Program-made: the position numbers and the translations under genes
Notes under the pieces: generated by a model
Databases searched by the model: none
The model's input: the letters and a program-made list of their open reading frames with translations, nothing else
What the model was told of the DNA's origin: nothing
Source of the DNA: an uncultured bacterium
GTDB lineage: Bacteria > Patescibacteriota > Microgenomatia > Levybacterales > UBA12049
DNA: 64,000 bases
Direction: 5' to 3'
Assembly (NCBI GenBank): GCA_963826535.1
Contig: CAWGXL010000010.1
Span: 234,814 to 298,813, forward strand
Shown here: positions 1 to 8,407 of the stretch, piece after piece
How positions within the stretch are numbered: the first letter of the stretch is position 1
How the letters are laid out: each line of letters begins with the position of its first letter

Positions 1-2
1 AA

Positions 3-527
3 ACAGAAGGAATCATCATAAAAAGAAAAAACTATGGGGAAGCCGATAGGATTCTAACAGTCTTCACCCCATACCAAGGCAAAATTCAGGTAAAAGCATC
101 CGGAATACGAAGAATTCCAAGCAGACGCTCTGCACATGTGGAATTATTAAACTTTTCAATACTTAGTCTATATAAAGGAAGCGGTTTCCCCATTTTGACA
201 GAAGCAGAAACTTTAGAAAATTTTTCCGCGATCAAAGACAGTCTACAAAAAATTGGGCATGCTTACCATCTCTGCGAACTTATAGACGGTCTTTGTCCTG
301 AAAACCAAGAGAACACAAAAGCATTTTATCTACTCAAAAATATTCTAACAAACTTATCTAATTTCACGACCACTGATATCCGGGAGTTTGAAATCGAATT
401 ATTGTCAACACTTGGGTTTTGGAGCAAAGCGGACATGCTGACCGGCAATTTCAATACCCACCTCTTCATCGAAAACATCCTCGAACGCAAACTCAAAAGC
501 CACGACATATTCTCCAAAATGCAATAA
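3..527 (+). CDS. recO: DNA repair protein RecO (5' end outside window)
   Basis: Frame is open from position 3: TEGIIIKRKNYGEADRILTVFTPYQGKIQVKASGIRRIPSRRSAHVELLN, a typical RecO N-terminus; recO-glyS synteny. Confidence 0.92.
   Translation, partial: TEGIIIKRKNYGEADRILTVFTPYQGKIQVKASGIRRIPSRRSAHVELLNFSILSLYKGSGFPILTEAETLENFSAIKDSLQKIGHAYHLCELIDGLCPENQENTKAFYLLKNILTNLSNFTTTDIREFEIELLSTLGFWSKADMLTGNFNTHLFIENILERKLKSHDIFSKMQ
495..527 (+). repeat. recO 3'-end repeat, copy 1 (active gene end)
   Basis: aaaagccacgacatattctccaaaatgcaataa = KSHDIFSKMQ*. Confidence 0.95.
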
Positions 528-578
528 CAAATCAAAAATATTGTATTCTAATTTCTTATCTGTAATAATAAAGAAGAG

Positions 579-1013
579 ATGGATACAACTATAAATCAAG
601 AAGCAACGATTCCTGTCCAAACTCTTGGTGCCGTATCACCGGCAAATTTGAAAAAAAGTATTTTACCATGGTGCCTAATTATCATGGGTACATTAGCATT
701 AATTATCCCATTAGCAATATTGTGGATACTGTTGCCTCCAATTGTTACATTAATATCATCATTGGGCGGCGGCTCTATTGGTTTAGTAATTGCATTACCG
801 TTAGCAGGCATTCTTGGATTTTTTATCGGCCAAATATTTTATGGTATTAGTCTAGTCAGGAAGCAAATAAAAGCTGGAGGGATAGACGCAATTCAAATAA
901 AATGGGCAATAATCTTATTAGTAGGTGGAGTTATTGTAGCATTTCTCTTTATTCCGGCATTCTTAATTTCCATAATGAATCCATTATACGGAATAATTGA
1001 ATCAATTAAATAA
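579..1013 (+). CDS. Hypothetical membrane protein (about 3 TM segments); cassette 1
   Basis: 144 aa ORF with long hydrophobic stretches, lying between repeat copies 1 and 2. Confidence 0.75.
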   Translation: MDTTINQEATIPVQTLGAVSPANLKKSILPWCLIIMGTLALIIPLAILWILLPPIVTLISSLGGGSIGLVIALPLAGILGFFIGQIFYGISLVRKQIKAGGIDAIQIKWAIILLVGGVIVAFLFIPAFLISIMNPLYGIIESIK

Positions 1014-1027
1014 GAGTTTGTCTATTT

Positions 1028-1060
1028 AAAAGCTACGACATCTTCTCCAAGCTGCAATAA
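1028..1060 (+). repeat. recO 3'-end repeat, copy 2
   Basis: aaaagctacgacatcttctccaagctgcaataa, 29/33 identical to copy 1; reads KSYDIFSKLQ*. Confidence 0.95.
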
Positions 1061-1088
1061 ATTGCATATGCTATACTATTACTTACAT

Positions 1089-1379
1089 ATGAAACATGCA
1101 AATCTGAAAAAAATAAAGAAAGAAATTTTACCAATTCTCAAAAAAGCTGGAGTAACTCGTGCTGCGATATTTGGCAGTGTTGCCAGAGGTGATGACACCA
1201 AAAAAAGCGATATTGATATGCTTGTAGATTTACCAAAAAAAATGAGCTTATTTGATGTTATCGATTTAGAATTTAAATTGGAAAAAGTCCTACATAGAAA
1301 AGTTGATCTCGTAGATTATGAAGCAATTAAACCTCGTATAAAACCATATATTATGCAGGATCAGGTACCCATTTTATGA
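1089..1379 (+). CDS. Minimal nucleotidyltransferase (MntA-type antitoxin)
   Basis: GSVARGDDTKKSDID matches GSX10DXD; ATG 1089 preferred over the TTG at 1062; ATGA overlap with the HEPN gene. Confidence 0.9.
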   Translation: MKHANLKKIKKEILPILKKAGVTRAAIFGSVARGDDTKKSDIDMLVDLPKKMSLFDVIDLEFKLEKVLHRKVDLVDYEAIKPRIKPYIMQDQVPIL

Positions 1380-1720
1380 TCCGAGACCCCTTAATCTATC
1401 TGCATGACATACTCGAGAGTATTGAAAATATTGAGGAGGACACGCAGGGAATTTCGGAAGAAGAATTTCTCAAAAAGAGAATTATACAACAAGCAGTTAT
1501 AAGGAACTTAGAGATTATAGGCGAAGCCTCAAAGCAGTTATCAAGAGATTTTAAAAGCGCGAATCCCTCCATACCTTGGAATAAAATAACAGCAATGAGG
1601 AATAAAATCATTCATGAATACTTTGGACTGAAATTAAATGTAATTTGGCAGACAATAAATGAAGACTTACCACCTCTTAAAAAACAGATAAGAAAAATGC
1701 TGGACAATTCCTCGCAGTGA
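1376..1720 (+). CDS. HEPN/DUF86 RNase (HepT-type toxin)
   Basis: RNLEIIGEA and RNKIIHEY (RX4HXY) motifs; paired with the MNT gene. Confidence 0.9.
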   Translation: MIRDPLIYLHDILESIENIEEDTQGISEEEFLKKRIIQQAVIRNLEIIGEASKQLSRDFKSANPSIPWNKITAMRNKIIHEYFGLKLNVIWQTINEDLPPLKKQIRKMLDNSSQ

Positions 1721-1729
1721 AATGATTAT

Positions 1730-1762
1730 CAAAGCCACGACATATTCTCCAAACTGCAATAA
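1730..1762 (+). repeat. recO 3'-end repeat, copy 3
   Basis: caaagccacgacatattctccaaactgcaataa, 31/33 identical to copy 1; reads QSHDIFSKLQ*. Confidence 0.95.
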
Positions 1763-1806
1763 TTGTTTTACAACCCGTAGTATGCTAAGATCTTAATCTA
1801 ATTACT

Positions 1807-2550
1807 ATGGGAACAGAAGCTTGGCAAAATCGACCCTCAGGAGAACACGGCTCATCATCAGAAAGAAGAATTGGTGTGAGTCACCCGGTTATTGAAGTCA
1901 TAAACAGCAATCTCCCCATTATTAATGAACGCATAAAAGGTTATGATTCTACCCTATTTAAAAGTGCACGATCTTATGACGACAGTTTACGCAAAGCACT
2001 AGAGCATCGTGACAAATATAACAAGAATAATTTTAGTTTCTTGGCTGATGCATTTGTAAACGTAGGACCTTTTCCTTTGGAGCCATTAGACATTGCTCTT
2101 ATTTGGTCTCGCGGAAAAGAAATGTTTACAAGCTTTAGTAAAAATGATTTTCCGCGTCTTGTGTCAACTGCCTATACAGTTCAAGATGCTCAAACTTCAG
2201 ATTGGAAAAACGTTCCTCGTCAGTTCTTTGAGAAAAAAACTATTCCAGAAGCTGTGCATAATGATGTAAGTGGCATAGCCAATGTCAGAGGGAAAGTCAG
2301 GTATGTATTGCAAAATGCTTTTGCACTATACGAATATGTATATGGACTACCGTATGACTGGGCATATCAATCTACCGGTGTTGCCGAAAGAATTAGAGAA
2401 GGTGATTCTAGCGTGAAAGCAGAAATTGACAAATTTATTGTAGAAAATGGAGAAAATGCAGTTACTGAAATTGCTGAAGACTTTTCAATTGGATTAACCT
2501 CTTTTAATGACCTATTAAGCGACTTACACTGTCCAAAATTACAAGAGTAG
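1807..2550 (+). CDS. Hypothetical protein
   Basis: 247 aa ATG-initiated ORF; no recognised motif. Confidence 0.7.
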   Translation: MGTEAWQNRPSGEHGSSSERRIGVSHPVIEVINSNLPIINERIKGYDSTLFKSARSYDDSLRKALEHRDKYNKNNFSFLADAFVNVGPFPLEPLDIALIWSRGKEMFTSFSKNDFPRLVSTAYTVQDAQTSDWKNVPRQFFEKKTIPEAVHNDVSGIANVRGKVRYVLQNAFALYEYVYGLPYDWAYQSTGVAERIREGDSSVKAEIDKFIVENGENAVTEIAEDFSIGLTSFNDLLSDLHCPKLQE

Positions 2551-2621
2551 ACAAAGTCAACCTGCTGCTAAAACTCACTAAATTTAAACCACTTAATTTT
2601 TGATCATTGCAATAAATCGGA

Positions 2622-3827
2622 TCATGAACCGGAGCTATTAGGGACAAGAATTTCCTCCATTAATGCTTTATAAGCAATTACAAGCTCACCTGGCGATCTA
2701 GCCGGCACATGCTCATTTGGTTCATGGATAGTTGTGCCCGGCAATCCAAGCTCTATAACATGAGTCCCTAAGGGTGAAAAAAATCCTCCATCCGATGTGC
2801 CGCCGCCTCCTGAAAGCCTAGGAGTTACGCCCAAAGAACTTTTTAAACTTCTTTGCGCAGCAGCAATTAATGGACTATCTTTCGGAGTTCCATATGGTTT
2901 ACCACTTAATCTCCATTCAGCGGCAAAAGCATTTTTAGGTGGTTTTTTACCCCTCGCTACTTTTTCATATACAATTTCCGCCATTTGTGTAAAATGACGT
3001 TGGATATCAGCATCCGTAGCTGATGGATTAGTTCTCCAGTTTCCCTGTACTATCGCCTTGGCAGCGGTTTGATTCTCAACCTCTGCGCTGGCTTGTATAT
3101 CCCATACACGGAAACTTGTTGGAGGAAATCTGGGGTCAGGATTTTCTTCCCAAGATCCATCAAGTCCTTCTACAAAAAGTCTTGCAGCAACTTCAGCAGC
3201 ATCAATACCATTGTTTTTTGCAATATGTCCGGTTATTCCATTAATTGTTAATCTAACGTGGTGCGATCCACGGCGACCTATATATATTTGATCTCCTACA
3301 ACCTTAATACTTGAAGCCTCTCCAACAACTGCATACTCCGGACGCAGACCATCCTTACGAAGTCTTTCTACTGCATATTTTGTACCATCTGTACGTTGAG
3401 CTTCCTCGTCACTGGTAATTAAAAACCCAATTGAACCAAAAAGGCTTTCTGGAGCATGATCTTGCAGTAATTGTTCCGTCGCGACCATCATACACGCAAT
3501 GGCACACTTCATATCTGCCACACCCCGGCCATACAATTTGCCGCGATGATGTATAAGCTCGAAAGGATCAAGTTGTTTCTTATTAACAACCCAACTCTCT
3601 CTTGGTCCTGGAGGAACAATATCTGTATGTCCTGCAAAAATCAACAAGGGCCCTTTCTCAAAATCTTTAAGCGCCCACGTGTTTGTAGTATCCTTACGGG
3701 AGAGATCTGTAATTGCAAACCCTAACGGAACTAAATGGTCACGAATAATAGTTTGGCATCCTTCATCACGAGGACTTAAGCTCTGGCGCTCAATTAAATT
3801 TGCAGCAATATCAATTTCTTTTGACAT
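2622..3827 (-). CDS. dapE: M20 metallopeptidase, succinyl-diaminopimelate desuccinylase-like
   Basis: GHTDIVP, GRGVADMK, SDEE, GEAS, GRRGS, GGGTSDG and IHEPNE motifs. Confidence 0.75.
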   Translation of the reverse strand: MSKEIDIAANLIERQSLSPRDEGCQTIIRDHLVPLGFAITDLSRKDTTNTWALKDFEKGPLLIFAGHTDIVPPGPRESWVVNKKQLDPFELIHHRGKLYGRGVADMKCAIACMMVATEQLLQDHAPESLFGSIGFLITSDEEAQRTDGTKYAVERLRKDGLRPEYAVVGEASSIKVVGDQIYIGRRGSHHVRLTINGITGHIAKNNGIDAAEVAARLFVEGLDGSWEENPDPRFPPTSFRVWDIQASAEVENQTAAKAIVQGNWRTNPSATDADIQRHFTQMAEIVYEKVARGKKPPKNAFAAEWRLSGKPYGTPKDSPLIAAAQRSLKSSLGVTPRLSGGGGTSDGGFFSPLGTHVIELGLPGTTIHEPNEHVPARSPGELVIAYKALMEEILVPNSSGS

Positions 3828-3939
3828 CTTATAACTTCGTTGGCAGGTGTATTCTACTAAAAATTTACCTGGAATGCTATGGAAGTATAAAGTTTTACTT
3901 TTATTTACGTTTTTTGCTTTTTATTGTTATAATAGTGCT

Positions 3940-5439
3940 ATGGCTGAGAATCGCACACCAGTTAATTCGGGTCTTATGGACAAGATTGTCGCACTCGCCA
4001 AACGTCGCGGTTTTATCTACCCAGGTTCCGAAATTTATGGAGGACTTGCCAATACCTATGACTATGGCCCCATGGGTACCGAACTTCTCCGCAATATTAA
4101 AAATCTTTGGTGGAAATATTTTGTTCAGGACCGGAGCGACATCGTAGGCCTGGATGCCGGTCTGATTTCCCACCACAAAATATGGGAAGCCTCCGGCCAT
4201 GTCGCCGGTTTCGCCGACGCTATGATTGACTGTAAAAACTGCAAAGCCCGCATGCGCGCGGATCACTTATTAGAGGCACAATTAGGTATTGAAACTGGTA
4301 TTCCCCGGCATAAATTAAAAAAAACTCTCCAATCTGAAAATGATAATACATTTAATAATGAAGAAAGAAAAATTTTATTAACAGTTGTAGACTCGGGTAA
4401 AGTAGAAGGTTTATATATTGAACTATTAAATAAATTAGTTACTTTCCTAAATCCGGAGTGTCCTAACTGTGGGAAGCGCGACTGGACTGCTATTCGGAAG
4501 TTTAATTTATTATTCCCTGTCCAATTGGGCATTATCGAAGGCGAAGGGGGAATGGGCTACTTACGGGGGGAAACAGCCCAGGGAATCTTTATAAATTTCC
4601 GTAATGTAGTTGATTCCACGCGGGTACGACTACCATTTGGTATCGCCCAGCTTGGCAAAAGCTTCCGTAATGAAATAACACCCGGAAATTCCATCTTTCG
4701 CACAATTGAATTTGAACTCGCAGAAATAGAATATTTTTTCGATCCTGAGATTATTTCACCAGACGAGTTGTTTGAAAAATGGAAAAACGCGCTTTGGGAT
4801 TTTGTTACCAAAGAGCTCAAAGTTTTAGCAACAAATCTCCGTTGGCGGGCACACAATGACGATGAGCGATCATTTTATAGTGAACGCACCGAAGATATGG
4901 AATACAAATTCCCATTTGGATTTAAAGAATTATTGGGACTGGCATATCGAACCAATTATGATCTATCCCAGCATATGAAAATTTCCAAAAAAGACCTGAC
5001 AATTACCGATCCGCATACTGGAAAGAAGATCCTTCCGCACGTTATTGAACCGGCACTGGGAATTAATCGATTACTATTAATGATACTAATTGACTCCTAT
5101 ACTGAGGAAGAGAAGCGGGTAGTTTTAAAACTTAACCCGCAACTCGCACCATATAAAGTTGCCGTTTTTCCTCTGCTCGCCAACAAAGAAAATTTAGTCG
5201 AGAAAGCAAAAGAAATATATGATGAACTAAAGCAACATTTTATGGTTGTCTTTGATGACCGTGGCAATATTGGCAAACGATACCTTGCCCAAGACGAAAT
5301 CGGCACACCCTGGTGCGTCACAGTTGATTTTGATTCCCTCGAAGACGATACAGTCACAATTCGTGACCGTGATACAACCAAACAAGAAAGAGTACCAATA
5401 AAAGAGCTATCTGCCTACTTCCACCAAAAACTCACTTAA
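3940..5439 (+). CDS. glyS: Glycine--tRNA ligase (α2 type)
   Basis: KRRGF..SEIYGG, YLRGETAQGIF, GKSFRNEI, HVIEPALG, IGKRY..QDEIGTP; ATG 3940 lies 6 nt after TGnTATAAT. Confidence 0.95.
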   Translation: MAENRTPVNSGLMDKIVALAKRRGFIYPGSEIYGGLANTYDYGPMGTELLRNIKNLWWKYFVQDRSDIVGLDAGLISHHKIWEASGHVAGFADAMIDCKNCKARMRADHLLEAQLGIETGIPRHKLKKTLQSENDNTFNNEERKILLTVVDSGKVEGLYIELLNKLVTFLNPECPNCGKRDWTAIRKFNLLFPVQLGIIEGEGGMGYLRGETAQGIFINFRNVVDSTRVRLPFGIAQLGKSFRNEITPGNSIFRTIEFELAEIEYFFDPEIISPDELFEKWKNALWDFVTKELKVLATNLRWRAHNDDERSFYSERTEDMEYKFPFGFKELLGLAYRTNYDLSQHMKISKKDLTITDPHTGKKILPHVIEPALGINRLLLMILIDSYTEEEKRVVLKLNPQLAPYKVAVFPLLANKENLVEKAKEIYDELKQHFMVVFDDRGNIGKRYLAQDEIGTPWCVTVDFDSLEDDTVTIRDRDTTKQERVPIKELSAYFHQKLT

Positions 5440-5476
5440 TCGTCCTCTTGAATTTTAAAAATAAACAGTATATATT

Positions 5477-5872
5477 ATGTCTATGTTCACAAAAATTCAG
5501 TTAGATCAACTCCAAAAACTCTTTGATTCTAACAATAAATCTAACAATAAAAAAATTAGAAAAGATATACACGAAGATATCAAAACTTCAGAAAACAGGC
5601 TAAGACTGGAAATTCAAGTATCCAATCAACAGCTAGAAGATAAGCTAAATAAAAAAATTGACACTTCCAATCAACAACTTGAAAGTAAATTGCGAAAAGA
5701 AATCCAAGGCTCCAATCGACAACTAAAGGAAGAATTAAGTCTAAAAATTGATTCTTCACAAGAAGATACAATAGAAATCTTATCAGCTTTGATACACACA
5801 GGAATTAACATGCAGGAAAGACGCATTAAGCGCATAGAAGATAACCTCGATCTCCCCCCATTAAAAGATTAA
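5477..5872 (+). CDS. Hypothetical coiled-coil protein with 15 aa repeats
   Basis: EIQVSNQQLEDKLNK / KIDTSNQQLESKLRK / EIQGSNRQLKEELSL. Confidence 0.75.
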   Translation: MSMFTKIQLDQLQKLFDSNNKSNNKKIRKDIHEDIKTSENRLRLEIQVSNQQLEDKLNKKIDTSNQQLESKLRKEIQGSNRQLKEELSLKIDSSQEDTIEILSALIHTGINMQERRIKRIEDNLDLPPLKD

Positions 5873-5888
5873 TTATCGTAGGCTGCTA

Positions 5889-5917
5889 TTGACAGTTGAA
5901 AATAATTTAAGTATTCT
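5889..5917 (+). promoter_or_regulatory. Sigma70-type promoter, probably leaderless
   Basis: TTGACA-17 bp-TATTCT, 6 nt before ATG 5924. Confidence 0.7.
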
Positions 5918-5923
5918 AAGGTC

Positions 5924-6424
5924 ATGTTAAAGAATAGAACAACTCAAATTGTCATAGGTGTAGTAGTTATCCTTATTCTCGCCGGCGGCTACTTTCTTTT
6001 CCTAAATAAATCATCTACAGAATCCAATGCAGAACAAAATCAATCAATAGATACCGGACCGCAAAATATATCTCCAGACGAAATAGACCTCGAGATGACT
6101 GCTTCACCAGATAAAAAGAAAGTTCAATTTACCATAGGTAAGCTCACCGACATTAAAGCGCTTGCCTACGAACTCACCTACGAAGCCGAATCAACAGAGC
6201 AAGAGAGAAGTGAAGGAGCAGAGGAACGAATTCCTCGCGGAATAACCGGCGATGCTAAATTTAGTCGTAGCGAAAGCAAATACCAATCTCCATGGCTCGA
6301 TTTAGGCAGTTGTTCCAAAAATGTCTGCCGGTATGATAAGGGAATCGAATCTATCAACCTGATACTCAAAATTACAAAAGAAAATAACAAAATCTACGCA
6401 ACAGAGAAAGAACTAGACTTATAA
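5924..6424 (+). CDS. Hypothetical membrane-anchored exported protein
   Basis: N-terminal TM segment; LDLGSCSKNVCRYD Cys pair. Confidence 0.8.
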   Translation: MLKNRTTQIVIGVVVILILAGGYFLFLNKSSTESNAEQNQSIDTGPQNISPDEIDLEMTASPDKKKVQFTIGKLTDIKALAYELTYEAESTEQERSEGAEERIPRGITGDAKFSRSESKYQSPWLDLGSCSKNVCRYDKGIESINLILKITKENNKIYATEKELDL

Positions 6425-6496
6425 CCTCATACTTTTTTCTTACAAATACATACCCTGGAGTTTAAATATTCTCTTACAATTTGACAAAAATGGTTG

Positions 6497-6560
6497 TTGA
6501 CAACTCTACAATAAAGGGTCAAAATATACAAAGGTAGTACAAAGTAGGATGAAGTAGTCT
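6497..6560 (+). promoter_or_regulatory. dcw promoter and putative MraZ operator repeats
   Basis: TTGACA-17-CAAAAT, then three 10 bp-periodic GTAG cores: aaggtagtac aaagtaggat gaagtagtct. Confidence 0.7.
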
Positions 6561-6566
6561 TTTAGT

Positions 6567-6998
6567 ATGTTACTCGGGCAGTATGACGGAAAAATAAGTG
6601 AAAAACATCAGGTAGCCTTTCCGAAAAAATTCAGAGAAGAGCTGGGTAAAAAACTTATAGTTACAAAAGGATTTGAAAACTGTCTAATTGTAGTGTCTGA
6701 GGATAATTGGAAAACACTTTTAGAAGGAACTGAAGGTAAGCCCTTTACCAATAAAAATACTAGAGAATTACAACGTTTCCTACTTGGAAATGCGACTTAT
6801 GTTGAACTTGATACGAAAGGAAGATTTGTTTTACCGGAATTTTTGCGAAGCTTCGCCGGGATCAAAAACGATATCATTTTCGCAGGTATACAACGTTTCG
6901 TCGAAATATGGGACAACAAGACTTGGAATGAGCACCAGAAAGAACTTTCTGGAAATATCTCATCAATAGCAGAGAGACTGTCGGCAGGAGATGAATAA
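6567..6998 (+). CDS. mraZ: Transcriptional regulator MraZ
   Basis: LDTKGRFVLP, GFENCL and VEIWD motifs; upstream of rsmH. Confidence 0.95.
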   Translation: MLLGQYDGKISEKHQVAFPKKFREELGKKLIVTKGFENCLIVVSEDNWKTLLEGTEGKPFTNKNTRELQRFLLGNATYVELDTKGRFVLPEFLRSFAGIKNDIIFAGIQRFVEIWDNKTWNEHQKELSGNISSIAERLSAGDE

Positions 6999-7872
6999 TT
7001 ATCATGTTAGTGTACTTTTACAGGAAGTAATCGAATATCTAAACGTAACAAAGGGAGAGAAATATATTGACGCTACTCTTGGCGGCGGTGGACACGCAAT
7101 TGAAATAGTTAAGCGTGGCGGAATTGTTCTAGGTTTTGACGCCGATCAAGAAGCAATTGATTTTGTTTTAGAAAGTCACAAATCACTAATCACAGGTCAT
7201 AAATTAACGGTTGTTAGGGGGAATTTTAAGGACATTAAAAAAATAGCAAGCGAATACGGATTTAACAATGTAGCAGGTGTAATATTTGATCTTGGGGTTT
7301 CTAGCCATCAGTTTGATAGCGGCTGGAGAGGATTCAGTTTCCGAAAAGAAGGACCGCTTGATATGCGGATGGATAGTGATCTCAAGGTGCAAGCCAAAGA
7401 CCTTGTTAATATACTAACGAAAGGAGAACTCTATGAGCTATTTTCTAAATTGGGTGAAGAACGATTTTCTCGATCCATTGCTAACAGTATTATTAGGGCC
7501 CGTCGAATAAGACCGTTCACGTCAACAACGCAATTATCGGATATTATCAGCGGAGCGGTACCATTCGACAAATTAAGATTAGATGCAATTGCGCGTATTT
7601 ATCAAGCACTACGGATCGCAATTAATGATGAACTTAATAATTTGAGAGAAGCCCTGCCGCAAGCATTTGAGCTGCTTGCCAAATCAGGAAAAATCGCAGT
7701 TATATCTTTTCATTCGCTTGAAGATAGAATAGTAAAAAATCAATTCCTACAATGGCAGGATGAAGGAAAAGGTTCTATTCTCACCAAAAAGCCAATCAGG
7801 CCGAGCGAAGAAGAAATAGAAAAAAACAAAAGAAGTAGAAGCGCTAAGTTACGGGTTATTCAAAAAAATTAA
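6991..7872 (+). CDS. rsmH: 16S rRNA m4C1402 methyltransferase
   Basis: HVSVLL, DATLGGGGH, DLGVSS, PLDMRMD, SFHSLEDR, RSRSAKLR. Confidence 0.97.
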   Translation: MNNYHVSVLLQEVIEYLNVTKGEKYIDATLGGGGHAIEIVKRGGIVLGFDADQEAIDFVLESHKSLITGHKLTVVRGNFKDIKKIASEYGFNNVAGVIFDLGVSSHQFDSGWRGFSFRKEGPLDMRMDSDLKVQAKDLVNILTKGELYELFSKLGEERFSRSIANSIIRARRIRPFTSTTQLSDIISGAVPFDKLRLDAIARIYQALRIAINDELNNLREALPQAFELLAKSGKIAVISFHSLEDRIVKNQFLQWQDEGKGSILTKKPIRPSEEEIEKNKRSRSAKLRVIQKN

Positions 7873-7889
7873 AAAGTCAGTTTTTGCAG

Positions 7890-7958
7890 CCCGCCGGCAA
7901 AGCGCTCATCGAGCCGTACTCGAATAGAATTGAAAAGGCGGAAGTAAGCTTAGGCGGG
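7890..7958 (+). repeat. Palindromic repeat family B, copy 1 (degenerate)
   Basis: cccgcc...aagcgctc...gaagtaagcttaggcggg; aligns with 38883-38952 and 52694-52784. Confidence 0.85.
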
Positions 7959-7966
7959 GAAAGAAT

Positions 7967-8308
7967 ATGAAACACAAATATAATAAATCAACAATAATAA
8001 AACAGTCATCAACTATGAAAAAACCATTATTACTACTTATTTTTTTCGTTAGTATTGTACTTGGTCTCTCAATTATTCAGGTTGCGGTTTCGAACAAATT
8101 ATCTACCACAGGTATCGAACTGGAAAACCTGCAATCCCAAATTACAAAATATAAGAAAGAAAATACGACTCTTGAAGAAAAAGTACTGGAAGCGTCAGCT
8201 CTTATAAATGTTTCAAAGAAGGCTAAAGCATTAGGACTCGTCGAAACAAAATCACAAATTTACTTATCAAATCCTTTGCCTCTTGCACTAGGTAATGCAA
8301 ATGAATAA
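7967..8308 (+). CDS. ftsL: FtsL-like cell division protein
   Basis: Single TM plus coiled coil, KAKALGL; lies between rsmH and ftsI; start may be 8015. Confidence 0.7.
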   Translation: MKHKYNKSTIIKQSSTMKKPLLLLIFFVSIVLGLSIIQVAVSNKLSTTGIELENLQSQITKYKKENTTLEEKVLEASALINVSKKAKALGLVETKSQIYLSNPLPLALGNANE

Positions 8309-8310
8309 AC

Positions 8311-8377
8311 GTCATTCCTACTAAAGCAGGAATCTTATCATTTAATATTATTAGTTTCCCTTTTGCACTGGAATGAC
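8311..8377 (+). repeat. GTCAT..ATGAC-ended palindromic element (family A), degenerate
   Basis: Terminal IR gtcattcc...ggaatgac; internal cct..aggaatct arm. Confidence 0.7.
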
Positions 8378-8407
8378 AAGGTGAAATTAAGATATAATTA
8401 GTCAGCA

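Noticed and set aside
495-1762. CRISPR array or classical integron explanation for the 33 bp repeats
   Set aside because: The spacers are 500-670 bp whole genes, the repeat is the recO coding end and lacks attC-type palindromy, and there is no cas or intI gene in the window.
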